Shown here: piece by piece, positions 1-13,200 of the stretch
Numbering within the stretch: the first letter of the stretch is position 1
Layout of the letters: each line of letters opens with the position of its first letter
Assembly: GCF_009914755.1 (NCBI RefSeq)
Contig: NC_060946.1
Length of the DNA stretch: 64,000 nt
From: the human T2T-CHM13v2.0 reference genome, Homo sapiens
Direction: 5' to 3' (one strand)
Notes under the pieces: generated by a model
Seen by the model: the letters and a program-made list of their open reading frames with translations, nothing else
Databases searched by the model: none
Told to the model about the DNA's origin: nothing
Position numbers and translations under genes: made by a program

Positions 1-196
1 GCTTCTGTCTAGTTTTTATTTGAAGATATATCCTTTCTCACTATAGACCTGAAAGCTCTCCTAAAGTTCACTTCCAGATACTACAGAAAGAGTGTTTCGA
101 AACTGCTGTATGAAAGGGAATGTTCAACTCTGTGACTTGAATGCACACATCACAAAGAAGTTTCTGAGGATGCTGCTGTCTACTTTTTATACGTAA

Positions 197-213
197 TCCC
201 GTTTCCAACGAAA
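197..213 (-). promoter_or_regulatory. CENP-B box, position 1 of the HOR (recurs in each HOR)
   Basis: TCCCGTTTCCAACGAAA = reverse complement TTTCGTTGGAAACGGGA, matching core nTTCGnnnnAnnCGGGn. Preceded by the 4-bp-shorter context TTTTTATACGTAA. Confidence 0.97.
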
Positions 214-367
214 TCCTCCAAGCTATCCAAATATCCACTTGCAGATTCCACAGAAAGACTGTTTCAAAACTGCTCTGTCAATAGAAAGGTTCAACTCTGT
301 TAGCTGCGTGCATATATGCCAAAGAAGATTCTGAGATTGCTTCTGTCTAGTTTTTATGGGAAGATAT

Positions 368-384
368 TTCCCTTTTCACCGTAG
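368..384. promoter_or_regulatory. pJalpha-box-like motif of A-type monomers (equivalents at 30-46, 710-726, 1052-1068 and in each HOR)
   Basis: TTCCCTTTTCACCGTAG resembles the pJalpha motif TTCCTTTTYCACCRTAG and occupies the CENP-B-box-equivalent position, 171 bp from the flanking boxes. Confidence 0.75.
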
Positions 385-538
385 GCGTCAAGGCGCTCCA
401 AATGTCCACTTCCAGATACTACAAAAAGAGTGTTTCAAACCTACTCTGTGAAAGGGAATATTCAACTCTGTGACTTGAAGGCAGATATCACAAAGAAGTT
501 TCTGAGAATGCTTCTGTCGAGATTTTATATGAAGATAT

Positions 539-555
539 TCCCGTTTCCAACGAAA
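539..555 (-). promoter_or_regulatory. CENP-B box, position 2 of the HOR
   Basis: TCCCGTTTCCAACGAAA, 342 bp after box 1. Confidence 0.97.
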
Positions 556-880
556 TCCTGAAATCTATCCAAATATCCCCTCGCAGATTCTACAAAAAGA
601 GTGTTTCAAAACTGCTCTGTAAAAAGAAAGGTTCAACTCTGTTAGTTGAGTACACACATCACAAACAAGTTTCACAGAATGCTTCTTTCTAGCTTGTAGG
701 GGAAGATATTCCCTTTATCACCATGGGCCTCAAACCGTCCGAAACGTCCACTTCCATATACTACAAAAAGAGTGTTTCAAACCTGCTCTATGAAAGGCAA
801 TGTTCAACTCTGTGACTTGAATGCAGACATCACAGAGCAGTTTCTGAGAATGCTTCTGTCTAGATTTTATAGGAAGATAT

Positions 881-897
881 TCCCGTTTCCAACGAAA
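881..897 (-). promoter_or_regulatory. CENP-B box, position 3 of the HOR
   Basis: TCCCGTTTCCAACGAAA, 342 bp after box 2. Confidence 0.97.
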
Positions 898-1222
898 TCT
901 TCACAGCTATCCAAATATCCACTTGCAGATTCTACAAAAAGAGTGTATCAAAACTGCTCTGTCAAAAGGAAGGTTCTTCTCTGTTAGGTGAGTGTATACG
1001 TCATAAAGGAGTTTCTGAGAATGTTTCTGTCTAGTGGTTATGGGAAGATATTTGCTTTTTCACCGTAGGCGTCAGAGCTCTCCAAATATCCACTTGCACA
1101 TACTACAAAAACAGTGCTTCAAAGCTGCTCTCTGAAACGGAATGTTCAACTCTATGAGTTGAATGCAAACATCACAAAGACGTTTCTGAGAATGCTTCTG
1201 TCTAGATTTGATATGAAGATAT

Positions 1223-1239
1223 TCCCGTTTCCAACGAAA
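1223..1239 (-). promoter_or_regulatory. CENP-B box, position 4 of the HOR
   Basis: TCCCGTTTCCAACGAAA, 342 bp after box 3 and 338 bp before box 1 of the next HOR (1561). Confidence 0.97.
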
Positions 1240-4200
1240 TCTTCAAATCTATCCAAATGTCCACTTGCAGATTCAACAAAAAGTGTTTTTCAGAACTGCT
1301 CTATCAAAAGAAAGATCCACCTCTGTTAGCTGAGTTCACACATCACAAACAAGTTTATGAGAATGCTTCTGTCTAGTTTTTATTTGAAGATATATCCTTT
1401 CTCACTATAGACCTGAAAGCTCTCCTAAAGTTCACTTCCAGATACTACAGAAAGAGTGTTTCAAAACTGCTGTACGAAAGGGAATATTCAACTCTGTGAC
1501 TTGAATGCACGCATCACAAGGAAGTTTCTGAGGATGCTGCTGTCTACTTTTTATACGTAATCCCGTTTCCAACGTAATCCTCCAGGCTATCCAAATATCC
1601 ACTTGCAGATTCCACAGAAAGACTGTTTCAAATCTGCTCTGTCAATAGAAAAGTTCAACTTTATTAGCTGCGTGCATATATCCCAAAGAAGATTCTGAGA
1701 TTGCTTCTGTCTAGTTTTTATGGGAAGATATTTCCCTTTTCACCGTAGGCGTCAAGGCGCTCCAAATGTCCACTTCCAGATACTACAAAAAGAGTGTTTC
1801 AAACCTACTCTGTGAAAGGGAATATTCAACTCTGTGACTTAAAGGCAGATATCACAAAGAAGTTTCTGAGAATGCTTCTGTCGAGATTTTATATGAAGAT
1901 ATTCCCGTTTCCAACGAAATCCTGAAATCTATCCAAATATCCCCTCGCAGATTCTACAAAAAGAGTGTTTCAAAACTGCTCTGTAAAAAGAAAGGTTCAA
2001 CTCTGTTAGTTGAGTACACACATCACAAACAAGTTTCACAGAATGCTTCTTTCTAGCTTGTAGGGCAAGATATTCCCTTTATCACCATGGGCCTCAAACC
2101 GTCCGAAACGTCTACTTCCATATACTACAAAAAGAGCGTTTCAAACCTGCTCTATGAAAGGCAATGTTCAACTCTGTGACTTGAATGCAGACATCACAGA
2201 GCAGTTTCTGAGAATGCTTCTGTCTAGATTTTATAGGAAGATATTCCCGTTTCCAACGAAATCTTCACAGCTATCCAAATATCCACTTGCAGATTCTACA
2301 AAAAGAGTTTATCAAAACTGCTCTGTCAAAAGGAAGGTTCTTCTCTGTTAGTTGAGTACATACGTCATAAAGGAGTTTCTGAGAATGTTTCTGTCTAGTG
2401 GTTATGGGAAGATATTTTCTTTTTCACCTTAGGCCTCAGAGTGCTCCAAATATCCGCTTGCACATACTACAAAAGAGTGCTTCAAAGCTGCTCTATGAAA
2501 GGGAATGTTCAACTCTATGAGTTGAATGCAAACATCACAAAGACGTTTCTGAGAATGCTTCTGTCTAGATTTGATATGAAGATATTCCCGTTTCCAACGA
2601 AATCTTCAAATCTATCCAAATGTCCACTTGCAGATTCAACAAAGTGTTTTTCAAAACTGCTGTATCAAAAGAAAGATCCACCTCTGTTAGCTGAGTTCAC
2701 ACTTCACAAACAAGTTTATCAGAATTCTTCTGTCTAGTTTTTATTTGAAAATATATCCTTTCTCACTATAGACCTTAAAGCTCTCCTAAAGTTCACTTCC
2801 AGATACTACAGAAAGAGTGTTTCAAAACTGCTGTACGAAAGGGAATGTTCAACTCTGTGACTTGAATGCACACATCACAAGGAAGTTTCTGAGGATGCTG
2901 CTGTCTAATTTTTATACGTAATCCCGTTTACAACGAAATCCTCCAAGCTATCCAAATATGCACTTGCAGATTCCACAGAAAGACTGTTTCAAAACTGCTC
3001 TGTCAATAGAAATGTTCAACTCTGTTAGCTGCGTGCATATATCCCAAAGAAGATTCTGAGATTGCTTCTGTCTACTTTTTATGGGAAGATATTTCCCTTT
3101 TCACCGTAGGTGTCAAGGCGCTCCAAATATCCACTTCCAGATACTACAAAAAGAGTGTTTCAAACCTTCTCTGTGGAAGGGAATATTGAACTCTGTGACT
3201 TGAATGCAGATATCACAAAGAAGTTTCTGAAAATGCTTCTGTCGAGATTTTATATGAAGATATTCCCGTTTCCAACGAAATCCTGAAATCTATCCAAATA
3301 ACCCCTCGCAGATTCTACAAAAAGAGTGTTTCAAAACTGCTCTGTAAAAAGAAAGGTTCAACTCTGTAAGTTGAGTACACACATCACAAACAAGTTTCAC
3401 AGAATGCTTCTTTCTAGCTTGTAGGGGAAGATATTCCCTTTATCACCACGGGCCTCAAACCGTCCGAAACGTCCACTTCCATATACTACAAAAAGAGCGT
3501 TTCAAACCTGCTCTATGAAAGGCAATGTTCAACACTGTGACTTGAATGCAGACATCACAGAGCAGTTTCTGAGAATGCTTCTGTCTAGATTTTATAGGAA
3601 GATATTCCCGTTTCCAACGAAATCTTCACAGCTATCCAAATATCCACTTGCAGATTCTACAAAAAGAGTGTATCAAAACTGCTCTGTCAAAAGGAAGGTT
3701 CTTCTCTGTTAGGTGAGTGCATACGTCATAAAGGAGTTTCTGAGAATGTTTCTGTCTAGTGGTTATGGGAAGATATTTGCTTTTTCACCGTAGGCCTCAG
3801 AGCGCTCCAAATATCCACTTGCACATACTACAAAAAGAGTGTTTCAAAGCTGCTCTCTGAAAGGGAATGTTCAACTCTATGAGTTGAATGCAAACATGAC
3901 AAAGACGTTTCTGAGAATGCTTCTGTCTAGATTTGATATGAAGATATTCCCGTTTCCAACGAAATCTTCAAATCTATCCAAATGTCCACTTGCAGATTCA
4001 ACAAAGTGTTTTTCAGAACTGCTCTATCAAAAGAAAGATCCACCTCTGTTAGCTGAGATCACACTTCACAAACAAGTTTATCAGAATGCTTCTGTCTAGT
4101 TTTTATTTGAAGATATATCCTTTCTCACTATAGACCTGAAAGCTGTCCTAAAGTTCACTTCCAGATACTACAGAAAGAGTGTTTCAAAACTGCTGTACGA

Positions 4201-7200
4201 AAGGGAATGTTCAACTCTGTGACTTGAATGCACACATCACAAGGATGTTTCTGAGGATGCTGCTGTCTACTTTTTATACGTAATCCCGTTTCCAACGAAA
4301 TCCTCCAAGCTATCCAAATATCCACTTGCAGATTCCACAGAAAGACTGTTTCAAAACTGCTCTGTCAATAGAAAGGTTCAACTCTATTAGCTGCGTACAT
4401 ATATCCCAAAGAAGATTCTGAGATTGCTTCTGTCTAGTTTTTATGGGAAGATATTTCCCTTTTCACCGTAGGTGTCAAGGCGCTCCAAATGTCCACTTCC
4501 AGATACTACAAAAAGAGTGTTTCAAACCTACTCTGTGAAAGGGAATATTCAACTCTGTGACTTAAAGGCAGATATCACAAAGAAGTTTCTGAGAATGCTT
4601 CTGTCGAGATTTTATATGAAGATATTCCCCTTTCCAACGAAATCCTGAAATCTATCCAAATATCCCCTCGCAGATTCTACAAAAAGAGTGTTTCAAAACT
4701 GCTCTGTAAAAAGAAAGGTTCAACTCTGTTAGTTGAGTACACACATCACAAACAAGTTTCACAGAATGCTTCTTTCTAGCTTGTAGGGGAAGATATTCCC
4801 TTTATCACCATGGGCCTCAAACCGTCCGAAACGTCCACTTCCATATACTACAAAAAGAGCGTTTCAAACCTGCTCTATGAAAGGCAATGTTCAACTCTGT
4901 GACTTGAATGCAGACATCACAGAGCAGTTTCTCAGAATGCTTCTGTCTAGATTTTATAGGAAGATATTCCCGTTTCCAACAAAATCTTCACAGGTATCCA
5001 AATATCCACTTGCAGATTCTACAAAAAGAGTGTATCAAAACTGCTCTGTCAAAAGGAAGGTTCTTCTCTGTTAGGTGAGTGCATACGTCATAAAGGAGTT
5101 TCTGAGAATGTTTCTGTCTAGTGGTTATGGGAAGATATTTGCTTTTTCACCGTAGGCCTCAGAGCCCTCCAAATATCCACTTGCACATACTACAAAAAGA
5201 GTGCTTCAAACCTGCTCTCTGAAACGGAATGTTCAACTCTATGAGTTGAATGCAAACATCACAAAGACGTTTCTGAGAATGCTTCTGTCTAGATTTGATA
5301 TGAAGATATTCCCGTTTCCAACGAAATCTTCAAATCTATCCAACTGTCCTCTTGCAGATTCAACAAAAAGTGTTTTTCAGAACTGCTCTATCAAAAGAAA
5401 GATCCACGTGTGTTAGCTGAGTTCACACATCACGAACAAGTTTATGAGAATGCTTCTGTCTAGTTTTTATTTGAAGATATTTCCTTTCTCACCATAGACC
5501 TGAAAGCTGTCCTAATGTTCACTTCCAGATACTACAGAAAGAGTGTTTCAAAACTGCTGTACGAAAGGGAATGTTCAACTCTGTGACTTGAATGCACACA
5601 TCACAAAGAAGTTTCTGAGGATGCTGCTGTCTACTTTTTATACGTAATCCCGTTTCCAACGAAATCCTCCAAGCTATCCAAATATCCACTTGCAGATTCC
5701 ACAGAAAGACTGTTTCAAAACTGCTATGTCAATAGAAAAGTTCAACTCTGTTAGCTGTGTGCATATATCCCAAAGAAAATTCTGAGATTGCTTCTGTCTA
5801 GTTTTTATGGGAAGATATTTCCCTTTTCACCGTAGGCATCAAGGCGCTCCAAATGTCCACTTCCAGATACTACAAAAAGAGTGTTTCAAACCTACTCTGT
5901 GAAAGGGAATATTCAACTCTGTGACTTGAAGGCAGATATCACAAAGAAGTTTCTGAGAATGCTTCTGTCGAGATTTTATATGAAGATATTCCCGTTTCCA
6001 ACGAAATCCTGAAATCTATCCAAATATCCCCTCGCAGATTCTACAAAAAGAGTGTTTCAAAACTGCTCTGTAAAAAGAAAGGTTCAACTCTGTTAGTTGA
6101 GTACACACATCACAAACAAGTTTCACAGAATGCTTCTTTCTAGCTTGTAGGGGAAGATATTCCCTTTATCACCATGGGCCTCAAACCGTCCGAAACGTCC
6201 ACTTCCATATACTACAAAAAGAGCGTTTCAAACCTGCTCTATGAAAGGCAATGTTCAACTCTGTGACTTGAATGCAGACATCACAGAGCAGTTTCTGAGA
6301 ATGCTTCTGTCTAGATTTTATAGGAAGATATTCCCGTTTCCAACAAAATCTTCACAGCTATCCAAATATCCACTTGCAGATTCTACAAAAAGAGTGTATC
6401 AAAACTGCTCTGTCAAAAGGAAGGTTCTTCTCTGTTAGGTGAGTGCATACGTCATAAAGGAGTTTCTGAGAATGTTTCTGTCTAGTGGTTATGGGAAGAT
6501 ATATGCTTTTTCACCGTAGGCCTCAGAGCGCTCCAAATATCCACTTGCACATACTACAAAAAGAGTGTTTCAAAGCTGCTCTCTGAAAGGGAATGTTCAA
6601 CTCTATGAGTTGAATGCAAACATGACAAAGACGTTTCTGAGAATGCTTCTGTCTAGATTTGATATGAAGATATTCCCGTTTCCAACGAAATCTTCAAATC
6701 TATCCAAATGTCCACTTGCAGATTCAACAAAGTGTTTTTCAGAACTGCTCTATCAAAAGAAAGATCCACCTCTGTTTGCTGAGATCACACTTCACAAACA
6801 AGTTTATCAGAATGCTTCTGTCTAGTTTTTATTTGAAGATATATCCTTTCTCACTATAGACCTAAAAGCTGTCCTAAAGTTCACTTCCAGATACTACAGA
6901 AAGAGTGTTTCAAAACTGCTGTACGAAAGGGAATGTTCAACTCTGTGACTTGAATGCACACATCACAAGGATGTTTCTGAGGATGCTGCTGTCTACTTTT
7001 TATACGTAATCCCGTTTCCAACGAAATCCTCCAAGCTATCCAAATATCCACTTGCAGATTCCACAGAAAGACTGTTTCAAAACTGCTCTGTCAATAGAAA
7101 GGTTCAACTCTATTAGCTGCGTACATATATCCCAAAGAAGATTCTGAGATTGCTTCTGTCTAGTTTTTATGGGAAGATATTTCCCTTTTCACCGTAGGTG

Positions 7201-10200
7201 TCAAGGCGCTCCAAATGTCCACTTCCAGATACTACAAAAAGAGTGTTTCAAACCTACTCTGTGAAAGGGAATATTCAACTCTGTGACTTAAAGGCAGATA
7301 TCACAAAGAAGTTTCTGAGAATGCTTCTGTCGAGATTTTATATGAAGATATTCCCCTTTCCAAAGAAATCCTGAAATCTATCCAAATATCCCCTCGCAGA
7401 TTCTACAAAAAGAGTGTTTCAAAACTGCTCTGTAAAAAGAAAGGTTCAACTCTGTTAGTTGAGTACACACATCACAAACAAGTTTCACAGAATGCTTCTT
7501 TCTAGCTTGTAGGGGAAGATATTCCCTTTATCACCATGGGCCTCAAACCGTCCGAAACGTCCACTTCCATATACTACAAAAAGAGTGTTTCAAACCTGCT
7601 CTATGAAAGGCAATGTTCAACTCTGTGACTTGAATGCAGACATCACAGAGCAGTTTCTGAGAATGCTTCTGTCTAGATTTTATAGGAAGATATTCCCGTT
7701 TCCAACGAAATCTTCACAGGTATCCAAATATCCACTTGCAGATTCTACAAAAAGAGTGTATCAAAACTGCTCTGTCAAAAGGAAGGTTCTTCTCTGTTAG
7801 GTGAGTGCATACGTCATAAAGGAGTTTCTGAGAATGTTTCTGTCTAGTGGTTATGGGAAGATATTTGCTTTTTCACCGTAGGCCTCAGAGCGCTCCAAAT
7901 ATCCACTTGCACATACTACAAAAAGAGTGCTTCAAACCTGCTCTCTGAAACGGAATGTTCAACTCTATGAGTTGAATGCAAACATCACAAAGACGTTTCT
8001 GAGAATGCTTCTGTCTAGATTTGATATGAAGATATTCCCGTTTCCAACGAAATCTTCAAATCTATCCAAATGTCCTCTTGCAGATTCAACAAAAAGTGTT
8101 TTTCAGAACTGCTCTATCAAAAGAAAGATCCACGTGTGTTAGCTGAGTTCACACATCACGAACAAGTTTATGAGAATGCTTCTGTCTAGTTTTTATTTGA
8201 AGATATTTCCTTTCTCACCATAGACCTGAAAGCTGTCCTAATGTTCACTTCCAGATACTACAGAAAGAGTGTTTCAAAACTGCTCTACGAAAGGGAATGT
8301 TCAACTCTGTGACTTGAATGCACACATCACAAAGAAGCTTCTGAGGATGCTGCTGTCTACTTTTTATACGTAATCCCGTTTCCAACGAAATCCTCCAAGC
8401 TATCCAAATATCCACTTGCAGATTCCACAGAAAGACTGTTTCAAAACTGCTATGTCAATAGAAAAGTTCAACTCTGTTAGCTGTGTGCATATATCCCAAA
8501 GAAAATTCTGAGATTGCTTCTGTCTAGTTTTTATGGGAAGATATTTCCCTTTTCACCGTAGGCGTCAAGGCGCTCCAAATGTCCACTTCCAGATACTACA
8601 AAAAGAGTGTTTCAAACCTACTCTGTGAAAGGGAATATTCAACTCTGTGACTTGAAGGCAGATATCACAAAGAAGTTTCTGAGAATGCTTCTGTCGAGAT
8701 TTTATATGAAGATATTCCCGTTTCCAACGAAATCCTGAAATCTATCCAAATATCCCCTCGCAGATTCTACAAAAAGAGTGTTTCAAAACTGCTCTGTAAA
8801 AAGAAGGGTTCAACTCTGTTAGTTGAGTACACACATCACAAACAAGTTTCACAGAATGCTTCTTTCTAGCTTGTAGGGGAAGATATTCCCTTTATCACCA
8901 TGGGCCTCAAACCGTCCGAAACGTCCACTTCCATATACTACAAAAAGAGCGTTTCAAACCTGCTCTATGAAAGGCAATGTTCAACTCTGTGACTTGAATG
9001 CAGACATCACAGAGCAGTTTCTGAGAATGCTTCTGTCTAGATTTTATAGGAAGATATTCCCGTTTCCAACAAAATCTTCACAGCTATCCAAATATCCACT
9101 TGCAGATTCTACAAAAAGAGTGTATCAAAACTGCTCTGTCAAAAGGAAGGTTCTTCTCTGTTAGGTGAGTGCATACGTCATAAAGGAGTTTCTGAGAATG
9201 TTTCTGTCTAGTGGTTATGGGAAGATATTTGCTTTTTCACCGTAGGCCTCAGAGCGCTCCAAATATCCACTTGCACATACTACAAAAAGAGTGTTTCAAA
9301 GCTGCTCTCTGAAAGGGAATGTTCAACTCTATGAGTTGAATGCAAACATGACAAAGACGTTTCTGAGAATGCTTCTGTCTAGATTTGATATGAAGATATT
9401 CCCGTTTCCAACGAAATCTTCAAATCTATCCAAATGTCCACTTGCAGATTCAACAAAGTGTTTTTCAGAACTGCTCTATCAAAAGAAAGATCCACCTCTG
9501 TTAGCTGAGATCACACTTCACAAACAAGTTTATCAGAATGCTTCTGTCTAGTTTTTATTTGAAGATATATCCTTTCTCACTATAGACCTGAAAGCTGTCC
9601 TAAAGTTCACTTCCAGATACTACAGAAAGAGTGTTTCAACACTGCTGTACGAAAGGTAATGTTCAACTCTGTGACTTGAATGCACACATCACAAGGATGT
9701 TTCTGAGGATGCTGCTGTCTACTTTTTATACGTAATCCTGTTTCCAACGAAATCCTCCAAGCTATCCAAATATCCACTTGCAGATTCCACAGAAAGACTG
9801 TTTCAAAACTGCTCTGTCAATATAAAGGTTCAACTCTATTAGCTGCGTACATATATCCCAAAGAAGATTCTGAGATTGCTTCTGTCTAGTTTTTATGGGA
9901 AGATATTTCCCTTTTCACCGTAGGCGTCAAGGCGCTCCAAATGTCCACTTCCAGATACTACAAAAAGAGTGTTTCAAACCTACTCTGTGAAAGGGAATAT
10001 TCAACTCTGTGACTTGATTTCACATATCACAAAGAAGTTTCTGAGAATGCTTCTGTCGAGATTTTATATGAAGATATTCCCGTTTCCAACGAAATGCTGA
10101 AATCTATCCAAATATCCCCTCGCAGATTCTACAAAAAGAGTGTTTCAAAACTGCTCTGTAAAAAGAAAGGTTCAACTCTGTTACTTGAGTACACACATCA

Positions 10201-13200
10201 CAAACAAGTTTCAGAGAATGCTTCTTTCTAGCTTGTAGGGGAAGATATTCCCTTTATCACCATGGGCCTCAAACGGTCCGAAACGTCCACTTCCATATAC
10301 TACAAAAAGAGCGTTTCAAACCTGCTCTATGAAAGGCAATGTTCAACTCTGTGACTTGAATGCAGACATCACAGAGCAGTTTCTGAGAATGCTTCTGTCT
10401 AGATTTTATAGGAAGATATTCCTATTTCCAACGAAATCTTCACAGCTATCCAAATATCCACTTGCAGATTCTACAAAAAGAGTGTATCAAATCTGCTCTG
10501 TCAAAAGGAAGGTTCTTCTCTGTTAGGTGAGTGCCTACATCATAAAGGAGTTTCTGAGAATGTTTCTGTCTAGTGGTTATGGGAAGATATTTTCTTTTTC
10601 ACCGTAGGCCTCAGAGCGCTCCAAATATCCACTTGCACATACTACAAAAAGAGTGCCTCAAAGCTGCTCTCTGAAACGGAATGTTCAACTCTATGAGTTG
10701 AATGCAAACATCACAAAGACGTTTCTGAGAATGCTTCTGTCTAGATTTGATATGAAGATATTCCCGTTTCCAACGAAATCTTCAAATCTATTCAAATGTC
10801 CACTTGCAGATTCAACAAAAAGTGTTTTTCAGAACTGCTCTATCAAAAGAAAGATCCACCTCTGTTAGCTGAGTTCACACATCACAAACAAGTTTATGAG
10901 AATGCTTCTGTCTAGTTTTTATTTGAAGATATTTCCTTTCTCACCATAGACCTGAAAGCTGTCCTAATGTTCACTCCCAGATACTACAGAAAGAGTGTTT
11001 CAAAACTGCTGTACGAAAGGGAATGTTCAACTCTGTGACTTGAATGCACACATCACAAAGAAGATTCTGAGGATGCTGCTGTCTACTTTTTATACGTAAT
11101 CCCGTTTCCAACGAAATCCTCCAATCTATCCAAATATCCACTTGCAGATTCCACAAAAAGACTGTTTCAAAACTGCTCTGTCAATAGAAAAGTTCAACTC
11201 TGTTAGCTGCGTGCATATATCCCAAAGAAGATTCTGAGATTGCTTCTGTCTAGTTTTTATGGGAAGATATTTCCCTTTTCACCGTAGGCGTCAAGGCGCT
11301 CCAAATGTCCACTTCCAGATACTACAAAAAGAGTGTTTCAAACCTACTCTGTGGAAGGGAATATTCAACTCTGTGACTTGAATGCAGATATCACAAAGAA
11401 GATTCTGAGAATGCTTCTGTCGAGATTTTATATGAAGATATTCCCGTTTCCAACGAAATCCTGAAATCTATCCAAATATCCCCTCGCAGATTCTACAAAA
11501 AGAGTGTTTCTACACTGCTCTGTAAAAAGAAAGGTTCAACTCTGTTAGTTAAGTACACACATCACAAACAAGTTTCACAGAATGCTTCTTTCTACCTTGT
11601 AGGTGAAGATATTTCCTTTATCACCATGGGCCTCAAACCGTCCGAAACGTCCACTTCCATATACTAAAAAAAGAGTGTTTCAAACCTGCTCTATGAAAGG
11701 CAATGTTCAACTCTGTGACTTGAATGCAGACATCACAGAGCAGTTTCTGACAATGCTTCTGTCCAGACTTTATAGGAAGATATTCCCGTTTCCAACGAAA
11801 TCTTCACAGCTATCCAAATATCCACTTGCAGATAGTACAACAAGATTGTATCAAAAATGCTCTGTGAAAAGGAAAGTTCTTCTCTGCTAGTTGAGTACAT
11901 ACGTCATAAAGAAGTTTCTGAGAATGTTCCTGTCTAGTGGTTATGGGAAGATATTTGCTTTTTCCCCGTAGGCCTCAAAGCGCTCCAAATGTCCACTTGC
12001 ACATACTACAAAAAGAGTGCTTCAAAGCTGCTCTCTGAAAGGGAATGTTCAACTCTATGAGTTGAATGCTAACATCACAAAGACGTTTCTGAGAATACTT
12101 CTGTCTAGATTTGATATGAAGATATTCCCGTTTCCAACGAAATCTTCAAATCTATCCAAATGTCCACTTGCAGATTCAACAAAGTGTTTTTCAAAACTGC
12201 TGTATCAAAAGAAAGATCCACCTCTGTTAGCTGAGTTCACACTTCACAAACAAGTTTATCAGAATTCTTCTGTCTATTTTTTATTTGAAGATATAGCCTT
12301 TCTCACTATAGACATGAAAGCTCTCCTAAAGTTCACTTCCAGATACTTCAGAAAGAGTGTTTCAAAACTGCTGTACGAAAGGGAATGTTCAACTCTGTGA
12401 CTTGAATGCACACATTAAAAGGAAGTTTCTGAGGATGCTGCTGTCTAATTTTTATACGTAATCCCGTTTCCAACGAAATCCTCCAAGCTATCCAAATATC
12501 CACTTGCAGATTCCACAGAAAGACTGTTTCAAAACTGCTCTGTCAATAGAAAGGTTCAACTCTGTTAGCTGCGTGCATATATCCCAAAGAAGATTCTGAG
12601 ATTGCTTCTGTCTAGTTTTTATGGGAAGATATTTCCCTTTTCACCGTAGGTGTCAATGCGCTCCAAATGTCCACTTCCAGATACTACAAAAAGACTGTTT
12701 CAAACCTACTCTGTGAAAGGGAATATTCAACTCTGTGACTTGAATGCAGATATCACAATGAAGTTTCTGAGAATGCTTCTGTCGAGATTTTATATGAAGA
12801 TATTTCCGTTTCCAACAAAATCCTGAAATCTATCCAAATATCCCCTCGCAGATTCTACAAAAAGAGTGTTTCAAAACTGCTCTGTAAAAAGAAAGGTTCA
12901 ACTCTGTTAGTTGAGTACACACATCACAAACAAGTTTCACAGAATGCTTCTTTCTAGCTTGTAGGGCAAGATATTCCCTTTAACACCATGGGCCTCAAAC
13001 CGTCTGAAACGTCCACTTCCATATACTACAAAAAGAGCGTTTCAAACCTGCTCTATGAAAGGCAATGTTCAACTCTGTGACTTGAATGCAGACATCACAG
13101 AGCAGTTTCTGAGAATGCTTCTGTCTAGGTTTTATAGGAAGATATTCCCTTTTCCAACGAAATCTTCCAAGCTATCCAAATATCCACTTGCAGATTCTAC

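Larger units (their letters stand above)
1..1364 (-). repeat. Representative 8-monomer HOR unit (1364 bp); probably S2C14/22H1L (D14Z9/D22Z1, human chr14 or chr22)
   Basis: GCTTCTGTCTAGTTTTTATTTGAAGATA starts at 1 and again at 1365. Box positions 30, 197, 368, 539, 710, 881, 1052, 1223, 1394 give monomer spacings of 167 then 7x171. An 8-mer with a CENP-B box in every other monomer fits chr14/22; other SF2 arrays with 8/16-mer forms (chr18, chr20) are not excluded without alignment. Confidence refers to the chromosome assignment. Confidence 0.7.

Noticed and set aside
186-197. Short dyads such as TACGTA next to box 1 as cruciform elements
   Set aside because: Short palindromes are an ordinary property of alpha satellite and are fixed in the HOR; nothing specific to this window.
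12017-12400. Longest ORF class (127 aa; six copies)
   Set aside because: Created by the 2-bp S deletion plus a TAG>TAT change in the diverged haplotype; no sign of coding constraint.
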